Assembly (NCBI GenBank): GCA_973895155.1
Contig: OZ316893.1
Location: 18,259,836-18,323,835, forward strand
Source of the DNA: Marsupella aquatica
Lineage: Eukaryota > Plantae > Marchantiophyta
Direction: 5' to 3'
DNA length: 64,000 nucleotides
Shown here: in pieces, positions 24,653 through 37,300 of the stretch
Position numbering within the stretch: position 1 is the first letter of the stretch
How the letters are laid out: every line of letters begins with the position of its first letter
Notes under the pieces: generated by a model
Databases searched by the model: none
The model's input: only the letters and a program-made list of their open reading frames with translations
What the model was told of the DNA's origin: nothing
Position numbers and translations under genes: made by a program

Positions 24653-26107
24653 GCTCCGAACAAATTACCGTACACAAAGAACTACATAAAACCTTTAAAA
24701 CTTTTCCATCATAGTGCTGTTGACATCATGTGACGGAGAACGAGAAGGATTGAAAGAATCTCACTGACCAATCCAAACAAAGACAGGTAGCAGGGACTGT
24801 TTGAAATGAGTAGAATTAACGTCTATTTCCAAGTCATTTGTGGATGTAGCGATGAATCAACTCAGGGTACTGGGATTGCTAATACAACATCCCTTGAAAG
24901 GATGGTTTCATCTCCGGGCAAGGCAACAAGACAAGGTATTGCCAGGAGAAACTTGAGTATGAGTACACCTAAAACACCAGAGAAAGATGGAGGCGGTGCC
25001 AGATAATCACCTTACACGAGGTACAAGAGTTCATTCAGTGCTATTTACATGATCTAGATCATAAATTTTTATACTCTATGAACATTGTGTATAAATTGTG
25101 CATGATCATTAATTTTATATTTGTGGAGTGCAGATTCCAAACACAGAGAGCACCTCTGCCTAGGTCGTCCATTGAAAATCGAGCAAACATTACAGTCACT
25201 AGGAGAAGACAATATATTGATTTGGATGATGATGAGAATATCAGGTGAAACTTGTTTTAAGAATTCTTTTGCTTTAGGTCAGTGTTGCACTATTGTAAAT
25301 GATCTACTAATTAATTTCTCTATATGTTTTGCTGCAATACAGAGACGAAACAGAAACTCCTAGACCAGGGAGAAGCCCAAAATTACCCAGAGGAATTCAC
25401 ATGACAGATGAAGAACCTATCAGGTATGTAGTTTTATATTTTTGTGTATTAAAATGTGTAGATTTATAGAATTTAAAATTAATGTGTTTATTGTTATTTT
25501 TCACAGAGACCATATTGCTTCTGAACCACAAACTCCAATGGAGCAAAGAAGAAATCCACTTAGTACTCCTAAGACAATCCGTTCACATGAACAGAGAAGA
25601 AAGTCTGGTGAAGACAGAGCTACCAGGTATAATTTTATTTGGAGATCAGTTTTTTTATAAAATTATACACTTTTACGTACTAAGTAAATTATGTAAATTT
25701 TCTGTTCCCTTGAAAATTCTGATATATGTGTTCTGTAATGCAGTGAGACAAATATTCCAACTGCTTTTGATAGAGTTCATTATGACACAATGAAGAATCA
25801 ACTGAAAGAGTATAAAGAAACATTGGCCAATATGCAGAGAGTACAAAATATTGTTTTGCATAAGATAGTTGAGCTGCCTAGACATTGTAGGTAGGAATGT
25901 GTTTCCAAAGTACTAACAGATATAGTGAGCTCTTTTCTGTTAGGAAGTTAGGTAAGCTGCACTATGTACCCCACTGAAAATCAATTAATCCCTAGAATAC
26001 TGAATGCTTTTGGTATAAGTATGGGACAGAGAGACATGGTAGAATAATTCATAACCGAATGGGGCAAAGGTGGACAGTAGGGCCTGATGTGACATGTGTA
26101 TGACAAC

Positions 26108-27187
26108 GAAAGAATGTGGTATCAGAGATTTAGAGATGAAATGTTGAATATGAATTTTACTAATGACTATATTGCTCCTTGTTTATTCATTAAAAAACAT
26201 GATGATAATTTTTAATAATCGCCATCTATGTAGATGACATTAATTTATTTGGACACCTAAACTTATTACAACACACCATTGAGATACTGAAACGCATATT
26301 TGAGATGAAAGATTTAAGCCAAACCTACTATTGTTTGGGCCTACAGTTTGAACACCTACCTGACGGTATACTTTTACACCAGAGTACTTACACTACCAAA
26401 AAATCCTCAAACAATTCAACATGGACAAGGCACATCCTCTAACTTCTCCTATGGAAGTACAATATCTACATAGAGACAAGGATGCATTCAGAAAGAGAAA
26501 CAAAAATGAACCACTACTCGGTCCTGAAAAACCATACTTATCAGCAATAGGAACACTCATGTTTTTAGCTAACCAGACACGACCAGACAATTCTTTTGCA
26601 ATAAACCTACTAGCCAGACACAGTGCACAACCTACCATATGTCACTGGAATGACATAAAAAGAATAATGCATTACCTCAAAGGAACCATTGATATGGGAC
26701 TATATTTCCCTAATGAGACTAATAAGACCTTAACAGGTTAAGCAGACGCTGGATATTTATCAGACCCAGACGACGCTAAATCACAGTATTTTTATATGGT
26801 AGTACAACCATTTTGTCTAACCACGCCGAGATCATTGCATTATATGAAGCCAGTAGAGAGTGCATTTGGCTAAGAAGAATAACCGACCATATTAATACAA
26901 ATTGTGGCTTACCAGCACTAACCGAACCTACTACACTATTTGAAGATAATCAAGCATGTGTTGAGCAGGTCTCGAAAGGATTCATCAAAGGAGACCACAT
27001 CAAGCATATCGCACCAAAATTTTTCTTCACCCACGAACAACAAGGAGACACCATTCAAGTGAAGACGATTGCGAGCAAAGACAACCATGCAGATTTATTC
27101 ACAAAAGCTTTGACTCCAATACTACATACTATTCATTGTCAAGGCATAGGTTTACGCCGACTATCAAAACTCAGAGATTACAAATAG
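26108..27187 (+). mobile_element. Ty1/copia RT-RNase H fragment, degenerate (Bianca-like)
   Basis: RMWYQRF, AIYVDDINLFG, YLSAIGTLMFLANQTRPD, ADAGYLSDP, SNHAEIIALYEASRECIWLR, FEDNQAC and NHADLFTKAL, with stops and frameshifts. ADAGYLSDP and SNHAEI are the variants typical of the Bianca lineage. Confidence 0.92.
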
Positions 27188-28325
27188 TACTTAATTCTAG
27201 ATAGTCATAAACCTTTGTACTCTTATTTGTAAAGGTGATTGTACTCTTTCCCTAACAGGAATATGAGAGGGTTTTAATGAGGCAACATTTTCATAAGGAT
27301 AAGAACAAAATATAAAACAGAAATTTTTTGTTGGAGAACTTAACTAGTATAGAGTTGCTTACTCTATACAATAACTTAACTAAAGCTGGAAAATTGAGCA
27401 TATGAACATAAACGACAGCACAATTGAGGCATCCGAAAACGAGTTGCCGGGGTTGTACTGAGGACGGAAGGGCAGAGTCCTTCCCGGGTTACCCCTATCG
27501 TCATATCCTTGCGTCAAACTGTGGGTTCTCTTGTTACGAGCCCCGAATCCCGGCGCTGAATACGCAGGACGAGAGATAGAGGTTTGGTCCTCATCACACA
27601 ACCGGACCACCCCTCCCCCATACGCACACGACACGCACAGCGAAAGTGAGCCTTTAGGTCTCTCCCGCCCACGCACTGAGAGACACGCACTGAGAGATAG
27701 AGAGTCTTTAACACTGAATATGATGCACTTGATTCTTTCCCCACAGAGAAAGATGAGCTGGCTTCTTCGTCTTGCAATCTTTCTCTGGGAAGGATCCCTC
27801 CTGCAACTTTGTCTTGTGTAGGTATGTTTCTACGCCAAATCCGTTGCTAGGACGTACTCGACGCGAACTTCACTATTCGCTCCTATGGAATTTGAAAGCG
27901 TTGCATTATTTTTTGAGGATATGCCTGAGGCGTTCGGATAGTTCTTTGAAATTTCGAAAGAAACGGAGCGACTGAAAGAGCACAAAATTGAGAGAAATGG
28001 AATTTCCTTTCGGTTCGCCTCCTTGTTTTGCTAGTTGGGTCAGTCGAGCAGAGTTGGACCCTTTGCTGCGTCCGATGGGTAGTTGAGGCTTACCGCTTGG
28101 CGGATGCCAGGTTTGCTCCCGGGATATTGATAAACGTCGTTTGTGAATTGCCTTTCGTCATACTTCTCCATCACTGGCTGCTCGGCGCTCGCATCGAGGG
28201 AAAATTACCATTCTATACGATAACTTTGCTCACCTTCGAGAAATTCATTTCGTAGTTAGTTTCAAAACCATTGGAAACGTCTGGCTGCTGTATTCATACT
28301 TATTCTGAAGGAGGGCTACAGAGCG

Positions 28326-31300
28326 ATGGATCGAGATAGAGATCCAAGGGGCATGAACGCTCTACGACAGGAGCTCCTTCAGTCTGGGCTCACTCTTGGT
28401 ATGAATTCGAGTGCCCCGGAAAGTCGCAAGAAAGAGGAAATTAGACCTATGGACACAATCTTTAGCTTGGGAAATTCGTCCATGAAGAGTAGGCTAGCCG
28501 ACGGGAGGCTCGGGCCTTTTGGTGTAGAAAAAACGGATGCGCCCCTGGTTGACAAGTCTTCGAGAAGAGAGGCAGAGAGTTTAGCAGGACTTGACGACCG
28601 GCGCTCCACGAACACCACTCTTCAATATGATCCGAGGTAACGTACCTTCTACCCTTTCCGCAGCATACTTGTATCTGCTCCCATCACTTGGTTTTTTTCG
28701 TCATTCTAGCAAACTAAGCTTCCTCATTCAAGACGGCATGTTCTGGGGTACGAGCAAGTCTTGTCTGCGGACATTCTCTGCTTTGCCATTGCCGTGTTGT
28801 GCGACAGGCGAGCAGGGTTGTTTCATGTGACCAGAATTGAATCGACCTGGGGCATCATGAGATCATCGTCTCGGGACTTGTTTCAGTTGTCATCGATACT
28901 TTTTAAGACAAGTTCAATTTCGAATTTTTATATGGCGAGGTAGGAAAGTATTGCGGGGTTTGTAGGGCATGTCAGGAGGGATATCCGTAGGCTATCAGCG
29001 TTACGGATACAACAAACATTATCGGGTTGGTTTGCCTTAGCGCGAGATTGTAGCTGATAAATGTCACTGTAGACTTTCGTGAAGTTGACCAGCTTCGAAT
29101 ACATGATACGGACAATAGCCATCTTCGTTTAATTTGAGCAGTTTGTTGTCGTTGAACCGGAACAATCACTTTCTATCTATAATCAAATGCTCCTACCAAG
29201 TTTGCACTTCTAGGTTACTTGAAGCGAAGGTGTTAATCATATACTGTCAATATGAGCGGGGAAGAGTACTTATTGCTGTGGAATTCATGATTCTCCAGGG
29301 TTGATTCCTTACGAGCCGTGAGTCACATGAATCTCCTTTCAGAGGGCAGCTCTTTGTCACTCCAAACCTCGAGTGCACAGAATCGGACTCTGTTCAGGCA
29401 AGGTAGTATATTACAACGTAGCTCAGCTCATGGTGGATTGCCACCTAATTCGCATGGTAGTGATGGGCTCCAGAAAATATATTCCAAGGATCCCAGCCCA
29501 AAATCACAGGAATCACCGATGGCATCTCCGAAAATGTCAATTTTGGAGCATAGTGCGTCTGCTGCTTCACCACAGAACCCTAAGTTAGGTCAACGGCGTC
29601 GCAACCCTAATGTACGAGAGACCAAAAGTTTGGTGCCCACAGCGAGTTCACATCAGCAGGGCCTGCAGCGGCAGTCATTTCATCATCAGGTTGGTAGACC
29701 ACTATTAGGTTGAAAAGGGGTAACGTTTCTAAGTTTGCTCGTTCTACGCTGCGGTCAACAATTGAAAGCGAAGCATGATGTGCTATGTTATGCTGCTGAG
29801 CGTTTTTAATCTTACGCAAGAATTGGATTCCATAACGCCTCAAGTCTATGTCTGTTCGTTTAGGTGTTGGATACTAGAGAGAGCAAAGGTGGCATTCCAG
29901 CAGGTAGCTCGCAACAGTCAGCTTTACAGCAACATGCACCTCACCAACAGGTAGGTTATGTGTCCTTAGTTTAAAGCCTATGATAAGCATTAAATATAGA
30001 CAGTTTAAATAGGCATCAGCCACTGGAACCCAGAGTTCCGTGGATGCTCCAGGATTAGGATAGTCCTCACCTCAGATAAAATAGGATTTGAATGGCAGAC
30101 AGCAAGGCGTGCGACGACCTCAAAGAAAGCTTGTGGTTGTCAAAAGCTTGACGTTTGATAACTATGCTTTCATAGATTCCTTCTGTGACTCCCCAACAGC
30201 CGCAGCAACAGTCAGCTTTACAGCAGCTACAGGCAATCCAACAGCATGCACTCCGTCAGCAGGTATATATTTGTATATGTGTTGTAAAACGTTATTTGTT
30301 TAGAAGTTAACTAGCAACATTTAAAATATGAAAGACAAAAATACCAAAATGCTTTCTATGGTTCAATGAAAGTTGGAATGTCCGAGAGCATGAATTTCAG
30401 AATCTATATCTTTGCAGTCCTTTGATGCCCGGGAGAGCAAAAGTATGATCCCTGCTAGGAGTCCTCAACAGCATAGCTTACAGCAGCAGGCTTTCCAAGA
30501 GGCACGCCATCAACAGGTAAGTTGAGCTTCATGTGGGCTGAAGGGGTGCTTCGGACCCAGATCTTATTTTGCTAGCCAGACAACTACTCGTCAGGGCAGA
30601 GCAGTTTGCACGCAGCAGGATAGTTTCTTGACAACAGGGGAGATTTCTTGTAAGATATCAAGAGGCTCTGCTTTTCTAGGTCTTGGATCTTAGGGAGGGC
30701 CAGGGTGCGATGCCTGCTGGTAGTTCCCAACAGCACGCCCTGCAGCAACAGCAGCAGACACTCCAGCTGGCAGCCTACCGAAGGGTAGGATGAGCCTAAT
30801 TTGTGTTTAAGTGGATGAAGTTTTATATAATGCAGGATTCCACTGAATCTTCGGAAGACTAGCATCTCGAAAGGACCTCGATCTCATCTCTTGAGAGATG
30901 AAATTGTCATTGAGCAATGAAATTGTTTCGTTACAGGTCATGGATGTTAGGGAGAGCAAGGGTATGATATCTTCTGGAAGTCCCCAGCATCAGGCGATGC
31001 AACCACAAGGGCGGCATCAACATGTAAGTCAAATCGCCATCAAGATGGACCGTGACTCCGTAGGTGCAAGGATGCTTACAGCATCTTGATCGGTTGAAGG
31101 TCTAATTTGCTCAAGGACTCTAGTAATTCTCACAAAAGATCTCTTCTCCCCGCGTTGGGTGATCTTCTGGAAGATTGTGACAAGAAGCTGTCATTTTCTT
31201 TGCAGATCTTGGACGCAAGGGACAGCAAGGGGATGACATCTGCTGGAAGTTCTCAGCAACCGTCATCTCTACAGCAACAGGCATCATTACAGCAACAGGC

Positions 31301-34300
31301 ACGCCATCAGCAGGTATCTGGAGCACTTGAACAGGACTAAGGTGCATTAATGTGCACTACCTTCTAGTCATCTCCAATTTAGCTTTTCGTCCGAATATTT
31401 TTGGGAGCACAATTATGAGGGTATTGCTTTTTCTAGGTCTTGAATACTAGAGATAGCAAGTGTATGACATCGTCTGGGAGTCCCCAAACTACAGCTTTAG
31501 AGCAGCAGCCACGCCATCAACAAGTACAAGATTTGCATCAGGATCAGACGACATGAGGTTCGTCATGTGCTTGGTAAACCATCACCAGCACTTGGAAAGG
31601 AAGCTGCAGATGGAAGCTTTCAACTAGTTTCTGACCGTTTTGAGTGATAATCCTTGAAAACATCCAGGAGAATTTCACAATCTCAGGAAGTTAGAATGTT
31701 GTCATTCGTAGGCAATGGATTCCAGAGAGAGCAAGGGAATGGTTTCCGTTGGGAGCCCTCAACACCATCCCCCGCACCAATTTTCAGGCGTACACCACCA
31801 GGCACTCCACCAGCAGGTATACGGGGCACCTAGATAAATGAACGACTTCGGACGATACTTGCCTTTTGCGCCTGGTGGAACTTGGAATTTCAACTGCAGT
31901 AGAAACGCTAGGGTTCCTTATTTGTGACACAGTACGGGCGTCGTTTTCATAGGGCTTGAAATGTGATGGTGTCTGCAGGTCTTGGATGCACGAGAGAGCA
32001 AAGGAATCAGGTCTGGCTTGAGCCCCCAGCAGCAGCTGTTGCAGCAGCAGTCTGCTTTACAGGCCGTCCATCAACAGGTACCATACACATGACCAAGTTT
32101 GACTCTGAAGTTAGGTAATCTTGCTTAGAGGAAACATGTATCGAGGGTGAACCCCCTGATGAATTGTCTGCGATGAGTTTTGATCAAATTTTCTATAATA
32201 TCAAGGCACTGAGGCTTTGTAGGATGTAAGAGAAAGCAAAGGAACTTTACCAGCTGGGAGTCCGAAGCATCAGACACTGCAGCAGCAGGTATTCCAAGAG
32301 GTTGGTTTTCGGAAGTTTGAGGTGAATTAGTAGCTACATTACTGTGGTGTTGTTTAGCAGTATAACTGTTTTATCCACCTTGGGAGTGATTCTGAAATGA
32401 TGATCTTGGAACATGTCGTTTAGGCCTTGGATGGCAGAGAGAGCAAGAGCATGATACCTTTGGGGAGTCCACAACAGCAGACTTCGCAGCAGCAGGGACA
32501 CAATCAACAGGTTGGTTAAGTGTTCAATAGACTAGTTTGTGTATGGGAGGCTTCCATCAAGGGGGGCTGCTAAGTACTGTGGCTGCTCTTGTTGTATGTT
32601 GAAACATGATATGTTAAGTCAGAGAACTATGCTCGTGTAGTCGTTGGATGGTAGGGAGAACAAAGGATTGAATCGAGCTGGGAGTCCTCAACATCAGGCA
32701 GTACAGCAGCCAGTACTTCATCAACAGGTGGGGATAAAAAGTCGTCTGGGTTGTGAAATGACTGGCGAATAACTTGGTTCTTCTAGCTTTGATCAAATGT
32801 TCCGATTGCAATATATTAGAAGGACCTGGGTTCTTGTTTTCTCGGGAGGATAATATTTTCACAAAGTGTGAAGCCAAGGATCTGTGGTAATGTAGGTCCA
32901 TGATGCAAGGGAGGGCAAAGCTGTGATACCTTCGGGGAGCCCACAGCAGCACAGTTTGCAGCAACATGCTCTCCATCAACACGTACTTCGTCAGCAGGTA
33001 TGGGCTTCATCGTCTTGATTGGCTGGCTTACGTTCCATTTCTGCTACTGCTAGGAGCTCATGGTTGTTTCTCAAATAGGTTTGTTTTGGAAAGCATGACA
33101 TCAAGGGACTGTTCTGTGGTAGACCTTGGAGGCCAGAGAGAGCAAGGGTATGATACCTCCTGGAAGTCCGAAATCGCAAACTATACAGCAGCAGGGAATC
33201 CATCAGCAGGTAATATGAGCGCAGCAAGGTGTAATAACTTGTACGGGTATAGGTGAATAGTTATTAGTTTTTACCACGAAGCCTGAAATGAAGGAATTTT
33301 TTTCCTCAGGTCTTTGATGCGAAAGACAGCAAGGGCATTGCGGTACCTGGGAGTCCGAAATTGCAATCTTTGCAACAGCAGACACTCTATCACCAGGTAG
33401 GTCGAGTTGTATCAGGATAGTGAATAGGTAGAGTGCCAGCATTACACAAACTGCCTTGTCCCTTCTTTTCAGTGGTTCTCCCAGAATCCCATCGAATAAA
33501 ATTTCCTAAGAGTAGAAATGAAAACTTGTTCTTTGGTAGGTCTTGGATGCCAGAGAGAGCAAGGGCACGATGTCTGCTGGAAGTCCTCAACAGCAGGATG
33601 CACAGCAACAATCCATCCATCAAAAGGTAGGATGATCTTCATAACGGGTGCAGGTGGTTAAGTAGATCAGATCTTTTGCAAGCTGTTTATCAGTATTTAG
33701 GTGTAACCTCCGTCCTGTCACATCACCTGTTGACCTGAGGAGGGTAATTATAATAGTAATTAAAATATGGAGGCAAGCACCGTGCCGGATGTACTGCATG
33801 TCTTCTATGCTAGAGAAACTCGGGGTCCCATTCAGTACGATTTTCAGCTGCATGCACTCCACTGCACTGAACCAGCAAGCAGTTGCTCTTAACAGTGTTG
33901 CGTGTGGTCATCCAGAAATTTTTCGTGTTGCTGAGCATCCTCGACTACTTCTAAATGGCCTCAGCATAGATTCATAGAGATGGGTTCTTGCACCAACTTA
34001 GTTCAGATATTATAAATTTAAGACTATGCTGTTGCAGTTTGTCAATTGTTCCGGAGCGTCTTCTGGGTCTAAAAGTACCTAACAGCAGCTTTCCAATAGT
34101 TGGTGTTCCACCACAGTTCCGTTTGGAGTATAGGAAAATGATCTTATTACTGTGCGGCTGTCAAGTACCTCTGAAGTGTCGCAGGAGCACAAGGATTTGT
34201 CTGGACAAATAACATGGGGATTATTCCAACGATTACATGACTGCTGTTGTAGGTGTTGGATGCCAGAGAGAGCAATGGTGCTATGCAGTTGGGCAATACT

Positions 34301-37300
34301 CAACAGACTATACGGCAACAGGCGCTTCAACAGCAAGTACTTCAGCAGCACGCAGTGCAACAGCAGGCCAAACAGGGTGTCCAACAACAGGGACGTCAGG
34401 TAGGTGGATAAATATATTTGCTGAACTAATATGCTAAGGATTGTAAATAGATGGTTCATATTTATGGGATAGTTGTGCCACAACTACCAGAAAAATATTT
34501 AACATTATGACATTGAGAATTGGTACTGTAACAGTTGGATACAAGAGAGAGCAAGGGTGTGATATCTTCTGGAAGCTCTCAACGGCAGGCTTTACAGGCA
34601 TTTCAGCCGAAAACGCTCCAGCAACAGGTGGGTGACGCTTAAGGAGATTGGTTTACCCAATACGAGAAAGTGTAATGCGAAGTTGGTTGAATTTTACTCA
34701 AAAGCTTCATGATGTTTACTTCGCTGAGATACTATGCGTATGGCAGGCCCTCCAGCAGCTGCAGCAAGTTGTCTCTCACCAGCCTCTTACTCAGCTTTCA
34801 TCTCAAACTCTCCACCTTCCTAATACTTACCTGGGAGGATTTCAAAACCCCCAAATTCCTAGCACTGAGCTAAGCTCTTCTCAACATTTGGGTACCCTTC
34901 ATCTACGAGGGACCTATACTGCGAACCAGCCAAAAGTAGAACCAGTAGAACTGGAAGGGACTGTTTCAGTAGACCGATCTTCCGTAGATAGACCCTCTCC
35001 CGCAGAGAGGCATTCTCCAGTGGATTCTGCTTCCCCCAAGGAGAGTGTCTCGATTGCAGAAACTGAGGAAGCATTAGAGTGTGGGTTGAAGAAGATGAAA
35101 ACAGAAGAAAGTAGACCTTCCTTGTCACTCGGCTCTGCAGCTGAGTCGAAGGATTCTGTGCGATCAGGTAGCCGTCATGACGGAGACAGAGAAAGTCTGC
35201 ATCCCCAGAGCCACTCTTCAGGAAGGACGTCGAGGGAGAACATGTTCGCAGATTTGAACGCTGAACCTCCACCAAGTGATGGAGAAGATGAGGGCCTTAT
35301 TCCAAGTGATGGGGTGCAGATGCTGGCTCAACCCGAATCAAGCAGGTCACACACCTTATCCTCTTGCGTTTGTTGCTTTGTCACTGCATTAATTTTCATC
35401 AATGTGTACATGTAGTAAGTGACCTTCTTTTCAGGTCTATACTTTCTCCTTTTGCTGTCCATGTTTATAAACTATTGGCTCTTGATGACCATTCCCTACA
35501 AAGAATATCCACTTTTTTCCCTACCTTACTGAGGCATGTAGGAGACCCAGTAGAAAAAAAATTATATAGAAAACTCTACTGTTTCAAAGATCTTCAATTG
35601 CTCGAATTGAGAGGATTGTCCTTGCAGTACAGTGCCATGTGGATTCATCGGGGCTCAAACTGTTAACTACGAATCGTAAGGTTTTAGCCACCAGTTCCAG
35701 TGGTTCCGTACACTGCACTGATCTGTTTGTAACCTGTAGCTCTTTTTAAAAATCGTGAATTGTCTTGAAATTTTAGAATTGATGTGATAAGAGAACTATA
35801 TGTAGAGACTTAGTCTTTGCTCCCTTTTGATAGAAAGGATGTCGGGCTCGATCACCTTATGAGAACTCCGCACGTTAGAATTAAACTCTGGCTGATCCCA
35901 TAATGTTCCCGATAAATCCCGATCCTTAATCCACTTTGATCCTGTGCAGGACAACAACCGAGGAAAAAAGGAAACGAAAGAAGGCAATCAAGGATCCCAA
36001 ATTAATGAAAGAAGGTGACGAAGCTGACAATAAGAGATCTATTAAGCCATCCAAATCAAGAGCAAAGCCAAAAGGAGAGTTAATGGTGGATTCCAGACTT
36101 GAGGGTGATGGTGATAACCAGTTAAATGGTGCCCCGACAACTAAGGAGGAAAAAATAAAGAGTTTGAAAGCGGTGAGTGTCGCTTTAATGGTCTCATGAG
36201 AGAGTGAAACGGTGGTTGCCTCACAGATCTCCTTATGCATTAATGTGTGAGAGTGGCTAATTATTCTGGTAATTCTCATCTTATGTTCAAAGGGGTTTCT
36301 TAGTCCCGAGATCTGGGACGGACATTTGCTTTCATCATGGCATCTTCTAATTTCTTTTATGTAGTTTACATCTTCTAGTTGATTGTGACAAGGAGAAAAT
36401 CAGAACGGTTTTCACACAAGCTTCGGACTATTCACCACAAGCACGTGATTCTCTGCCTTTAGATTGTCTTCCTAGATGTCCCATTAGATGAAGCACTCTC
36501 ATTTAGTGTTGATCTGGTTTGCTGTAGCATTTCCAGGGCTCCTCGTTTCTGGAACAGCTGCTCATATTTTGTATGGCTTGACAGGAATGTTTCTTGGCAA
36601 GCACCACGGAAGTTATCTTTGATGTGATTAGAGTAACTTATAAGCATGTATCTACTGACTTGATACAGGGACTAGTTCATGTTGCGCGCAAGTTGCCTAG
36701 AAATGCACATGCTCATTTCTCTTTGGGACTTATGCACCAACGGTCAGGGCATTATCCAAAAGTGAGTATTGGTCAGTACCTTGTCTCTTTCTTTCAACAA
36801 ATCCTTGTCGGGTGCCAAATAGTGATTGTGTAAACCATTATGTGATAGATCTGATCTGCAGTGGAATCGGACTCGTAAACATGAATTTGAAAGGATAAGT
36901 CATGTTCTGCACAAAGGGACGTATGGAAGATGCTGTCGGCAAATGTGCCGAATATAAGATTAGACATTTTGTTTATTCCACTACTTTAGTCTAATGGTCA
37001 TTTCAATCTAGAAAATTTCTGCGTGTGAGGCTATTGCAACCTCGCAAGAGTGGCATTACTCTCTCAGTCTGATAATTTGTCAACCTTACAGGCTGCACAA
37101 GCTTTTAGACAAGCAGCTGAAATCCTGAAGCAGCTGGAGGAAGAAACTGGTCAAACAAGAGGTCAATTTTTGGCCGCTGTGCAGATTCACCAAGCACAAG
37201 TAATCCCACGCTGAACATGAAACTCTAAGATCTAATTCCAGAATGACACAGAATAGCTGAGCTGCTGATTTTGCGCGATCGTTTTTTGTTGCACTTAGCC

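Noticed and set aside
26117-26127. TGGTATCAGAG looks like a tRNA-iMet primer-binding site
   Set aside because: It is the coding sequence of the copia RT motif RMWYQR, and no LTR end precedes it.
29864-34627. Repeat/spacer periodicity resembling a CRISPR array
   Set aside because: The units are AG/GT-bounded coding exons of 78-147 nt in a eukaryotic gene; no cas genes.
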